Of a DNA stretch of 64,000 bases, positions 1 through 9,329 are shown piece by piece. Each line of letters starts with the position of its first letter. Position 1 is the stretch's first letter. The translations under genes were made by a program, and so were the position numbers. The DNA is taken from contig CAXXQS010000002.1 of the NCBI GenBank assembly GCA_963674735.2, positions 2,272,001-2,336,000 of the forward strand. The letters run 5' to 3'. This stretch comes from Myxococcota bacterium. GTDB lineage: Bacteria > Myxococcota_A > SURF-8. The notes below the pieces were generated by a model. The model had not been told where the DNA came from and did no database searches. It saw only the letters and a program-made list of their open reading frames with translations.

Positions 1-406
1 ATTCGAAGTGCCGGTCTTCCCGGCTGACGGCGGTCCAGATTTCGCCCCCCACTTTGACGGCTCCATTCCCGAACAGACCTTCGATGGGTTCGACAACCAG
101 CACCCGCCGTCCCACCAGGGCGTCGGTATTGGTTTTGAAGCTTGCGGCGTCCGGGTTGGTAAGGTAGCGCTTCACCCCGACCTGGATGGCGAACAGCATC
201 ACCAGCGAGGAGGCGGCGAACAGGAAAATCTGTGCGTTGGCCGGTAGATCGAAATAGGCGAAAACAGCGGTCAGCAGCGCGCCCAGCGCGAAGGGCAGAG
301 CGAAAAAGGAGACGGTCAGTGCCTCGACACCCGCCAGAACGACGCCCAGGATAATCCAGAAATGGACCCATCCGAAGGATTCCACGATCGTGTCAAACCA
401 TTCCAC
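1..406 (-). CDS. NfeD-like (YbbJ-type) membrane protein, runs off the window edge
   Basis: Manual translation from GTG at 406: MEWFDTIVESFGWVHFWIILGVVLAGVEALTVSFFALPFALGA...TNTDALVGRRVLVVEPIEG...GAVKVGGEIWTAVS. Hydrophobic N-terminus followed by a NfeD C-terminal OB-fold motif. Confidence 0.85.
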   Translation of the reverse strand, partial: MEWFDTIVESFGWVHFWIILGVVLAGVEALTVSFFALPFALGALLTAVFAYFDLPANAQIFLFAASSLVMLFAIQVGVKRYLTNPDAASFKTNTDALVGRRVLVVEPIEGLFGNGAVKVGGEIWTAVSREDRHFE

Positions 407-477
407 GCCATTACCCCTTGATCAATTAGTGCGACCGTTTCCGTTGCCTATTCTTCTACTCGCTTTTCGGTTCCAGG

Positions 478-2793
478 TCAAATCCCTTCGCCGTCCGGTG
501 TTCCTTCGTCATCCGGTGCTCCTGCGCGATCCGGTTGTTTCGCTTGGACCGGGGCGTACTTGGTCCGGATCAGATGGCCCACGACCTCGCGAACGCATTC
601 GGGGCAGTAGCCAAAGCGCCGTTCCATGCGCTTGAGAACGCCTTCCACCGCTTTGGCTTCTTCGCTTTGCAGTTCACCCTTGCGGTCGGACATGAATTTC
701 AGCAGGTTCTGGTGCAGCTTTTCGACGCGTGTTTGCTGGCGCGAAAAATAGTGGTCTTCCAGGCGCGCGATCATCTTGGGGAAAATGCGGCCGTAATCCA
801 TCCCGTTGCTCTCGCCGTCTCGGTTTTCCAGGGCGAACGCGCCGACTCGCGATACCACATCCTCGCGCACGCTTTTCGCTTCTTCATTGGGGGCGATGAT
901 CCGCTCGACGCTCTTCATGAAGTTTTCGTCCACCGGTCGTTCCTCGCCCGAGACGGGGTCGGTGACCCGTTTTTTGTGGATCCAGGCCGAGGCTTGCGCC
1001 ACGTAACGTTCAAGCAATTGCAGATGTTGCGTTTCCTCCACCATTTCCATGGCGACCAGCAGCTCGCGATCCACTTTGGCGATATAGTAATCTTCTACAT
1101 ATTTCAGTAACTTATCCTGATCGTGGTAGTCACCGTCGGGTTCGATCTGCAACCATTCATAGACGGACTTATCGCGGATGAGGCGGCGCATTTGGCCCAG
1201 CACGTGGCGGACGCCGACGCAGCCGTCACCGGCCTGGGCGGCGTTTTGCAGGATCATTTTGCCTTCGCGCGGCGAGGCTCCGAAACCGCCCTCGTAAAAC
1301 GGGGTGTTGTCGAACTCGTGCAACATTTTGCCGCGTGCGGCCTGCAACTCGGTGGCCTGCACCATGCCCATCCAATCGGGGGTTTCCCCATGGGTGTAAT
1401 AGCGGGCTTTCTCAAGCGGATTGAGACGCTCCATGGCGTCTTTCAATTCGTCGGTGTAATTCTCTGGTTTGGGTCTGCGCAGGCGGGTGAGAACCGCCCA
1501 GACCGCCGTGATATCGGATAGATGCGGGACCACCGGTTTGTCACCGCTTTCCAGCATGAGCTGGGAGTCGTAAATCAGTTGCTCGGCCTCGTAGTCGCGC
1601 AGGTAGGGCACGCGCACCAGTTCCATGCGTCCCTTGAAACTGGTGAAGTCGGGGATCTGCTTGAAATGTTCCAGGTATTTGTCGTTGGACGATCCGATCA
1701 GCACCAGATCGAGGTAGACCAGATAGACATCCAGGCTGACCGTGCCTTTTTCACAGGTTCCGAGCAGATATTTGTAGGCGTCCACCGGGCGTTTGAGCAG
1801 GTCGGAAAACTCCACCACTCCGTGGTTGCTTTGAATCAGGTAGCCTGCTGCGTCGTAAAGCGACAGATTTTGCAGAACCGGCGGCAGCGACGACAGGGAG
1901 CGGTCGGCGGTAATCTGCTGGATACGCGCATCCACCGACATCTGGGGTTCGATGGTCACCGCCCCGATGCGGTAGCGTTCGGAGATGTAGTAGCGCTCCA
2001 CCTGGACGTGCCGCAGCACCTCGGCGTAGTCGCCGTTGTAGGCGCTCAGCAGGGCATCGAAGATCTCGCGGTTTTTGGGCGACAGATCGCCCTCCATCAG
2101 GTATTCGGATAGCTGATGGTCTTTGAAGTCCTCGTTTGTCTGGCGCAGCTCGGTGATGATCCGTCGGCGCTGTTCCTTGGGGATCAGGAAGAAGGGGTTG
2201 TCGCGCAATGGGCAACCGAGTTTGGCGGCGATGCGGTCTTCGGGCAAAAGCGCGTAGGACATTTCGGGGTTGATGGGCGTCTGCTTGTCTTTCGAAAAGC
2301 CGATGGTTTCACGGGTGAAGCGCTCTTCGGGAAAGATCCAGTTAAAATGGTACAGCGCCCCTTCGTCGAGGGTGGAATAATGCTCCAGGCCCTTCATCAG
2401 GCAGCGCACGATGGAGGTCTTGGCGGAGCCGTTGGGGCCGTGCATGAGGATCAGTTTATCGGCCATGCCGACCCGTGCAAAGCCGCGCAGGATGCGGATG
2501 ATCTCGAATTCCACCTCGGCCTGGCCCCACACCGCGCCCTTCCCGCCGTTGAATTTCTGGTCGAAGACGGCGTAGCCTGCCGGGCCGTGGTTACCCCCGT
2601 GTTTACGCGGGCCGTAGTACTCGATCATGTCGGTGAGGTACTGGTAGGCTCCGCGGGTGAAACGCTTCGGATTGGCCTCGAACAGGCTGACGTATTGGTC
2701 GTAGCTCAAGATCGCTTTGCGTGCGGCAAACTGGTCGAGCACGTGTTCGTTGACGGCGGAGAGCAGGTCGGTTTGCTTGTCGGTATCCGTCAT
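478..2793 (-). CDS. prkA: PrkA/YeaG-family serine protein kinase (AAA+)
   Basis: 771 aa; Walker A-like HGPNGSAKTS, NHGVVEFSDLLKRP, C-terminal FGYCPEC motif typical of PrkA. Confidence 0.85.
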   Translation of the reverse strand: MTDTDKQTDLLSAVNEHVLDQFAARKAILSYDQYVSLFEANPKRFTRGAYQYLTDMIEYYGPRKHGGNHGPAGYAVFDQKFNGGKGAVWGQAEVEFEIIRILRGFARVGMADKLILMHGPNGSAKTSIVRCLMKGLEHYSTLDEGALYHFNWIFPEERFTRETIGFSKDKQTPINPEMSYALLPEDRIAAKLGCPLRDNPFFLIPKEQRRRIITELRQTNEDFKDHQLSEYLMEGDLSPKNREIFDALLSAYNGDYAEVLRHVQVERYYISERYRIGAVTIEPQMSVDARIQQITADRSLSSLPPVLQNLSLYDAAGYLIQSNHGVVEFSDLLKRPVDAYKYLLGTCEKGTVSLDVYLVYLDLVLIGSSNDKYLEHFKQIPDFTSFKGRMELVRVPYLRDYEAEQLIYDSQLMLESGDKPVVPHLSDITAVWAVLTRLRRPKPENYTDELKDAMERLNPLEKARYYTHGETPDWMGMVQATELQAARGKMLHEFDNTPFYEGGFGASPREGKMILQNAAQAGDGCVGVRHVLGQMRRLIRDKSVYEWLQIEPDGDYHDQDKLLKYVEDYYIAKVDRELLVAMEMVEETQHLQLLERYVAQASAWIHKKRVTDPVSGEERPVDENFMKSVERIIAPNEEAKSVREDVVSRVGAFALENRDGESNGMDYGRIFPKMIARLEDHYFSRQQTRVEKLHQNLLKFMSDRKGELQSEEAKAVEGVLKRMERRFGYCPECVREVVGHLIRTKYAPVQAKQPDRAGAPDDEGTPDGEGI

Positions 2794-2909
2794 GGTTACA
2801 CCCCCGGATGCGTGTTGGTCGATTCGGCGTCAAGCTTTAGGTAAGCTTAACTTATTTATCCGTGCTTGACAATCGGTTTGGTGGGAGTGAGCGGCTTTTC
2901 CCCCTCCCC

Positions 2910-5267
2910 TCACTCGAACAGATCCACCAGGCCCTTTTTACGGTAGGTCGGCTTATAGAGCACCATGCAGATCGGGGTGAGGATCAAGTCGAAGACCATC
3001 GCCAGCGCCACCACGACTCCCGATAACAAGCCGAAAACGTACACCGGCTGGAATTCCGATAGCGTCAGCACCAGGAATCCGGCCGCCAGCGGGATGCTGG
3101 TGCCGATCATGGCGCGTCCGATCAGGCGCACCGTCTCCGCCATGGCGTGGTCGTAGTCGTGTGAGCGCAGGTATTCACGGCGGAAACGCACCATGAAATG
3201 GATGGTCGAGTCGACCGCCATTCCCAGGGCGACCGGGGCCACCATGGCGGTGGTGGAGTCGAGCGGGAAACCCATATAGCCCATCCAGCCCATGGTGATG
3301 GCGATGGGCATCAGGTTGGGGAGCAGTGATACCAGCCCCAGGCCGAGTTCCCCCGCTACCAGGACCATCATGATGGAGATCAAGAGCAGCGAGAGGGAGA
3401 AGCTCTTGATCTGTCCCCAGACCAGCGAGCTGTTCATGTTGGCGTACAACACCGCCGCGCCCGTGACCGACACGTCCACCCCGCGTTCGGTTAGAGGCGC
3501 AAAGATGGCGTGGGTACGGTGCTTCACGCGTTCCACCAGCGCCTGCAATTGAGCCGACGACAAGGTGTGGATGCGGCAGGAGACGCGCCCGTAGCGGTAG
3601 TCGGAGGAGACGAAGTCGTACAGATCGCTTTCGGGGCCGCTCATGGAGTACAGCAGCAGATATTGGGCCGCCGCGGCACGTGATTCCGGCACTTTGTCGA
3701 AAGCCGGGTCGTCGCCGTGCAAGGACTTGTTTATGCGCTTATAGAAGCTGGCGATCGAGACCACACTGGTGAGTGCGTCTTCTTCGCCGCGCAGGTAGGT
3801 GGTCAGTTCCTCCAGTTTGGCGATCACGTCGGGTTCTTTCATGCCGCCCGAACTTTGGGTGTCGATTACGATTTCCATCGAGGAGATACCCGAAAGATTC
3901 TCATCGATGAAGGTATAGGAGGAACGGATGGGCGACTCGGGACGGAAATATTCGAGCAGGTTGGTCTCGACACGGATCTGACTCATTCCCACGATGGCCA
4001 CGACCAGCAGCAGGCCGTTGATCACCAATATGGCTGTACGGTGGCGGCGGATCAGGCGAATGACACCTTCGAGGGCCGTGACACGCCAGCCGCTGGTATG
4101 GGCGCGAGCGACGGCCTTGCCGGGGGTGGGGAAAAACGACAGCAGCGTGGGCACCACCAGAAACGACAGCACGAAGCTCAGCATGATGCCGCCCGAGGCG
4201 AACAGGGCGAATTCGCGGATCGGCTTGATGGCCGAGACCAGGTTGGAGCCGAAGCCCACGGCGGTTGTGGTGGAGTTGAACAGACAGGGGACGAGCGTGG
4301 CCCCGAGCGCCGCCACCAACGCCGCCCGCCGGTTGAGTCCTTCCCCGGCCTGCAGCGCGTAATGAGTTTGGATATGCACGGAACTTGAGACGCCGTAAAT
4401 CAACATCAGCGGCGTCAGGATGGTGCTGACCATGGTGAGCGGAATGCCCGAAAAATAATGGGCCGCCATTAAGACGAAAATGGAGGCCTGCACTGTGCCG
4501 ATGGTGACGAACACGCCGCCGAAGGTGCGGAAAATGATGAACAGCACCACCACCAGCATCGAGAAGATGATGATTTCGAACTTGACGTTTTCCTTCTTCT
4601 GCGTCTCGGCCAGGTCGCTTTTGAGGGCCGGAACTCCGGCGATGCTGATCTTGTATGGGGCGAACTGCGGTTTGGCGGCGATCTCGCGCGCCTGCTGCGT
4701 GATCTGGGTGCGGGTTTCGGTGGAGTCCGCCTCGCCTTCCAGGGTTTCCAGGCGGGCGACCAGCCCGAATGTCGTGGCATCGGCCGAATAAAAATTGCCG
4801 ATGAAATCTTTTTCCGCCATTGCGCGGCTTTTCAAGGCCGCCATCGCTTCGGCGCTCTGCGGGATTTCGGGAGCCAGTTCTTCGACCACGATGGAGTCTT
4901 CCGAGCCGCGTACCGTGCGCACGTTCGTATAGGCGGTGGCTTCCTTTACATAAGGAATGTTCTCCACCGTTTTGCGCAGAGCTTCCACGTCGCGCATCAC
5001 CTGCGTGTCGAAGAGATCGGGAACCTGGGCCGCGATCAGCAGGAATTCGTCGTTGCCGAAAACCTCCTTGAAATGGTTGTAGGCCAGGAGGTCGGGGTCA
5101 TCGTCCAACACCATGGCTTCGACCGAAGGGTCGCGCGGAATTTTATTGTAGTAATACGCGCTCGATCCGGCCAGAACGACCACCAGCAATAAGATGGCGA
5201 TTCGGTGTTTGAGCAGGATTTCCGCGATACGAATCAGTACGGGATTGGAATGGCCCCTCTGTGTCAC
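2910..5267 (-). CDS. MMPL/RND-family membrane transporter
   Basis: Two repeats of a periplasmic loop plus TM bundle (NSTTTAVGFGS; ALGMAVDSTIHF). Start moved to GTG 5267, which follows a GGAGG RBS. Confidence 0.85.
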   Translation of the reverse strand: MTQRGHSNPVLIRIAEILLKHRIAILLLVVVLAGSSAYYYNKIPRDPSVEAMVLDDDPDLLAYNHFKEVFGNDEFLLIAAQVPDLFDTQVMRDVEALRKTVENIPYVKEATAYTNVRTVRGSEDSIVVEELAPEIPQSAEAMAALKSRAMAEKDFIGNFYSADATTFGLVARLETLEGEADSTETRTQITQQAREIAAKPQFAPYKISIAGVPALKSDLAETQKKENVKFEIIIFSMLVVVLFIIFRTFGGVFVTIGTVQASIFVLMAAHYFSGIPLTMVSTILTPLMLIYGVSSSVHIQTHYALQAGEGLNRRAALVAALGATLVPCLFNSTTTAVGFGSNLVSAIKPIREFALFASGGIMLSFVLSFLVVPTLLSFFPTPGKAVARAHTSGWRVTALEGVIRLIRRHRTAILVINGLLLVVAIVGMSQIRVETNLLEYFRPESPIRSSYTFIDENLSGISSMEIVIDTQSSGGMKEPDVIAKLEELTTYLRGEEDALTSVVSIASFYKRINKSLHGDDPAFDKVPESRAAAAQYLLLYSMSGPESDLYDFVSSDYRYGRVSCRIHTLSSAQLQALVERVKHRTHAIFAPLTERGVDVSVTGAAVLYANMNSSLVWGQIKSFSLSLLLISIMMVLVAGELGLGLVSLLPNLMPIAITMGWMGYMGFPLDSTTAMVAPVALGMAVDSTIHFMVRFRREYLRSHDYDHAMAETVRLIGRAMIGTSIPLAAGFLVLTLSEFQPVYVFGLLSGVVVALAMVFDLILTPICMVLYKPTYRKKGLVDLFE

Positions 5268-5582
5268 GATCTGCCTCCCACTATCTTTACCAGGACTGTT
5301 TCGAGCCTGATTGGATAGGATGGAAAATGATATCCAGGATGCCGGTTGCGCGTCCGGCCGAGGAATCCTATCAAATTGAGACTCGGATGACAATATTTCT
5401 AACAGATGTGGGCTTTGACTTTTTACACGGATGTTGGTAGAATTTGGCCGCAATGCAGTAAAAGCACATTTATGATCCCGGTTTATCCTAATTCTTGGGC
5501 CAGTCGTGAATCCGGGGGAGGGTTCTCAAACCGGCGGTCAGCTTGGGGTTTCTGATACGTACGCTTTCAGCTAGGGGGTACA

Positions 5583-7928
5583 ATGGCGGACAAACCAAGA
5601 CGTTCCGATGGCAAGAAACGATCGCGCGAGAACTCGTGGGACTTTCTCAACAAGCCTATCGGATTCAATTCCATTATCGAACTTCTGAATAAAGAAATCG
5701 AGATCGGCAAAAAGAAGTCGGATGTTGCGATTTTGCCCAATCTCGATCGGCAGGCGGAAGATCTGATCACCCGGGCGGAGAATCTGGCCCGCGCCAACAA
5801 AATCTCGCTGGAAGAGGCGTTGCAAAACTTCGGCATCGATCTCGATGCCGAAGAAGAAGACACCTCCGGCGGCGACACGTCCGGCATGCGCGACAATATG
5901 CTGAAGTCGCTCGACTGGAAGGTGGAGACGGTCGAAGACAGTCCGGCTGCCGCCGATGCTCAGTCCAACTGGGTTCGGCGCGCCACCGACGCCCTGAATG
6001 AGATTCAGACTTACCTCGGGGTGCCCGACAGCGAGCCGATTCTGGCGGCGTTGGAACAAGCCTTGCCTACCGATAAAGTCTTACGCGATCGATTGACGTT
6101 CCTGGAGGTTTGCAGCGACGAAGATTTTCAGGGAGCCGAACAGCGTTTCCGTCAGGGGCGCGGACCGTTCTGGCATATGCTGGTGGAGAGCCCGCAGCGC
6201 GATATTGAGCTTTTCGCCGAGGTGCTGGCCACCATGAGTTATACGCCGATCGCCCGTCCCGAGCAGCCGGTGTTCTGCGAGTGGCTGTTGGATCGCGGTT
6301 ACCTGAACTATCGGACTTTCAAAGAAGCCCGCGCCTTGGCCAAGAAAGAGCGCAGCAGCGTCTGCCGTCTCCTGGCCAGGGAAGATTTCCTGGGGATCAA
6401 ACACTATCTGGAAACCCTGTCCGAATACACCGAGATTCCGGTCTGGACGGCGGCGATTCCGCGTCCGACACCCAAGCTTCTGCGGTCGGTGAAACGGGGT
6501 TGGGTGGAACACTTCGAACTGGCTCCGGTGCGGGTCCAGCGGGATAAACTGGATATCCTGGTATCGTCTCCGCTGTCGCCCGTCATGCTGGAGAAAATTG
6601 CGGCGACCGGCGATTTCAAAATCAATCAACACCTGATCGCCTCCGAAGAACTGCTGAAAATCCGGACCGGGCTTCTGGAAAAGATGGTGGAGAAAGAGGA
6701 GGTCGAACGGCCCGTCAGCGTCAAGACGGCACCCAGCGGCCGCATCCGCACCATTATCGAGTCGGCCTCGGCGGTAAATATGGTGCGCCAGTTGTTCGAG
6801 GGGGCCCTGGAATCGCGCGCCACCGATATTCATATCGATCCCATGCGCGACGGTGCGCGGGTGCGCTTCCGCATCGACGGCCTCTGCTACGATGTCATGC
6901 AGATGGACTCGGAGCTGCTGAACGAGGTCGCCTCACGCATCAAGATCCTGGCCGATCTCGATATCACCGAGAAGCGGCGTCCCCAAGACGGTCACATCAA
7001 GATCGGGATTCGCGGCGAAGAATACGACATGCGCATCGCCACGGTGCCCACCAAGTTCGGCGAGAAAGCCGGTATTCGTCTGGTGTACGCCGGACGCAGC
7101 ATGAAGCCCATGGCGGAACTCGGGCTGCACAAGGACGACTACAAGAAAACCCAGCGCTTCATCAGCATGCCCCACGGCATGATTCTGGCGACCGGTCCGG
7201 TGGGATCGGGTAAGACCACTTCTCTCTATTCCTGCTTGAACGAGATCGACCGCGACTCCAATAATGTCATGAGCATCGAAGATCCGGTGGAACTGACGCT
7301 GCCGGGTGCGAATCAGGTCGAGGCGAATTACAAGTTGCAATTCGGTTTTGCCGAGGGCTTGCGCGCCCTTCTGCGCCAGGATCCGGATACGATTCTGGTG
7401 GGCGAAATTCGCGATGACGAAACGGCGCGCATCGCCATCCGCGCCAGTATGACCGGCTTGCTGGTCTTTTCCACCCTGCATACCAACGACGCTCCGGGTG
7501 CCATTACGGCGCTGTACAACTTCAAGCTGCCTACCCATCTGATCGCCAATTCCCTGGTCGGCATTATCGCTCAGCGGCTTCTACGGCGCATTTGTCCACA
7601 CTGCAAAACCACCTACAAGCCCAAGCAGGTCGACCTCCGTTCGGTCGGTTTCACCGCTGCCGAGGCGAAAACCATCACCAAACTGCACGTCGGCAAGGGC
7701 TGTAAAAAATGTTTCCAAACCGGCTACTTCGATCGTGTCGGCGTTTTCGAGGTGATGGAAGTCACCCCCAAACTGCGCGACATGGTGCTCGATAAGGCAT
7801 CGGAGAAACAGTTGCGTGAAATGGCGATCAAGGAAGGCATGCGCACCTTGGCGATGGATGGCCGAGAAAAAATTCTGGCGGGTGAAACCACGATCGAGGA
7901 ATTCAATCGTGTGATTCGGATCTCGTAA
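5583..7928 (+). CDS. GspE/PilB-family secretion/pilus assembly ATPase
   Basis: ATDIHIDP, RRPQDG, Walker A GPVGSGKTT, LRQDPDTILVGEIRD, STLHTN, Zn motif CPHC...CKKC. Confidence 0.92.
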   Translation: MADKPRRSDGKKRSRENSWDFLNKPIGFNSIIELLNKEIEIGKKKSDVAILPNLDRQAEDLITRAENLARANKISLEEALQNFGIDLDAEEEDTSGGDTSGMRDNMLKSLDWKVETVEDSPAAADAQSNWVRRATDALNEIQTYLGVPDSEPILAALEQALPTDKVLRDRLTFLEVCSDEDFQGAEQRFRQGRGPFWHMLVESPQRDIELFAEVLATMSYTPIARPEQPVFCEWLLDRGYLNYRTFKEARALAKKERSSVCRLLAREDFLGIKHYLETLSEYTEIPVWTAAIPRPTPKLLRSVKRGWVEHFELAPVRVQRDKLDILVSSPLSPVMLEKIAATGDFKINQHLIASEELLKIRTGLLEKMVEKEEVERPVSVKTAPSGRIRTIIESASAVNMVRQLFEGALESRATDIHIDPMRDGARVRFRIDGLCYDVMQMDSELLNEVASRIKILADLDITEKRRPQDGHIKIGIRGEEYDMRIATVPTKFGEKAGIRLVYAGRSMKPMAELGLHKDDYKKTQRFISMPHGMILATGPVGSGKTTSLYSCLNEIDRDSNNVMSIEDPVELTLPGANQVEANYKLQFGFAEGLRALLRQDPDTILVGEIRDDETARIAIRASMTGLLVFSTLHTNDAPGAITALYNFKLPTHLIANSLVGIIAQRLLRRICPHCKTTYKPKQVDLRSVGFTAAEAKTITKLHVGKGCKKCFQTGYFDRVGVFEVMEVTPKLRDMVLDKASEKQLREMAIKEGMRTLAMDGREKILAGETTIEEFNRVIRIS

Positions 7929-8016
7929 AACCCGAGGCATTAATAAAGCGTATTTAGTCGTTATAGTTTTCAGGTTTGAATTCTTGAAACGATCTTAATG
8001 GATCAAGGAGGCGAGC

Positions 8017-9210
8017 ATGGCCGGAGCGGATGAGAAACTGAAAGCCAAAGTCAAGCAACAGTTGAAAGAACGGGCTACGGTGGATGCAGAGCCGACCGAG
8101 ATGCCCCGCAGCGTTCTCGAAAGTATGCCCACTTCGACGGTTCGTCCGCCGAACCGATTTCTGAAACGCATGGCGAAGCCCTATGAAGTGGCGACTTTCT
8201 TTCGTGAACTCGCCATTCTGGTGGAATCGGGTTACCCGATTTTGCGCGCACTGACCCTGTTGGCCAACAAAATCTCCAACCGACATCTAGCCGACAACGT
8301 CGAGCAGGTCGCCATGCAGGTGGAGAAGGGCTCGACCATGGCCAAAGCCATGGCGGCGTTCCCCTGGTATTTCAGTTCCATGATCGTCTCGATGGTGGAG
8401 GCGGGCGAAACGGGCGGCAACCTGGTCGACTCGCTCAACTCGATCTCCGACGACTTCGAAAACGACGAAGAGATCAACGACAAGATGAAGCAGGCCCTGG
8501 CGTATCCGGTCCTCACCGGCCTCATTTCCCTGTTCGTCTTTTTGGCCATTCTGGTTTTCGTCGTTCCCACCTTCGGCCAAGTCTATGAACAACATAATAT
8601 GGATCTGCCCGCATCGACGGCCCTGCTGGTGGCGCTTAGTAATTTCGTAACCGGTTTCTGGTGGATTTGGGTGCCGGTTCTGGCTTTCTTTGGCTGGTTT
8701 ATCAAGCAAAAGCTGACGGCCAATCTCAACGCCTTCGACGGGCTTTTGCTGCGCGTTCCCATCGTGGGAGAGATCATCATTCTCGGGTCCATGGCGCGTT
8801 TCTCCTCCGGCCTGCGCGTGCTGCTCAATAACGGCGTTCCGATTCTGCAAAGCCTCGAATTGGCCAAAGGTTCCGTGACGAATTCGGTTTTACAGGACAC
8901 CATTCACCGCATGGCGCTTAGCGCCGAGTCGGGCAAATCCCTGGCCCAGCCGATGGCCGAAGCCGGACACTTCCCGCCCATCATGGTGGATATGCTGTTC
9001 GTCGGTGAAGAGAGCGGCCGCCTGCCCTTCGTGCTGCTCCAGGTTTCGCGGGCGTTGCGTTTGCAACTCGACCGCCTCACCAGTCAGATGGCGGTCACCC
9101 TCGGGCCGGTCATGACCCTGGTCGTCGGCCTGATGGTGCTGGTGATTGCGCTGTCGCTGTTTGTGCCGTACTTCGATTTCCTGGGGACGCTGGGAACCGT
9201 TATGCAATAG
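8017..9210 (+). CDS. GspF/PilC-family inner membrane platform protein
   Basis: Duplicated T2SSF domains (AGETGGNL, VGEESGRL) and ALAYP; lies directly after the ATPase. Confidence 0.92.
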   Translation: MAGADEKLKAKVKQQLKERATVDAEPTEMPRSVLESMPTSTVRPPNRFLKRMAKPYEVATFFRELAILVESGYPILRALTLLANKISNRHLADNVEQVAMQVEKGSTMAKAMAAFPWYFSSMIVSMVEAGETGGNLVDSLNSISDDFENDEEINDKMKQALAYPVLTGLISLFVFLAILVFVVPTFGQVYEQHNMDLPASTALLVALSNFVTGFWWIWVPVLAFFGWFIKQKLTANLNAFDGLLLRVPIVGEIIILGSMARFSSGLRVLLNNGVPILQSLELAKGSVTNSVLQDTIHRMALSAESGKSLAQPMAEAGHFPPIMVDMLFVGEESGRLPFVLLQVSRALRLQLDRLTSQMAVTLGPVMTLVVGLMVLVIALSLFVPYFDFLGTLGTVMQ

Positions 9211-9234
9211 CTTCGGCTTCGTTCGATCTTTCAC

Positions 9235-9268
9235 GCACGGGGAGCTACCGCTTCCCGTGCTTTCGTTT
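9235..9268 (+). terminator. Putative intrinsic terminator after the pilC-like gene
   Basis: GCACGGGGA-loop-TTCCCGTGC hairpin followed by TTTCGTTT. Confidence 0.5.
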
Positions 9269-9329
9269 GAGAGGGCGTAACCTGCTTAAAAAACTAGACG
9301 ATTTTCGCAAAATGTGGTAGTAGGGATGC

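Noticed and set aside
5583-9210. PilB/PilC pair as a novel secretion system
   Set aside because: No pilins or secretin adjacent, and dispersed T2SS/T4P paralogs are common, so there is too little evidence of novelty.
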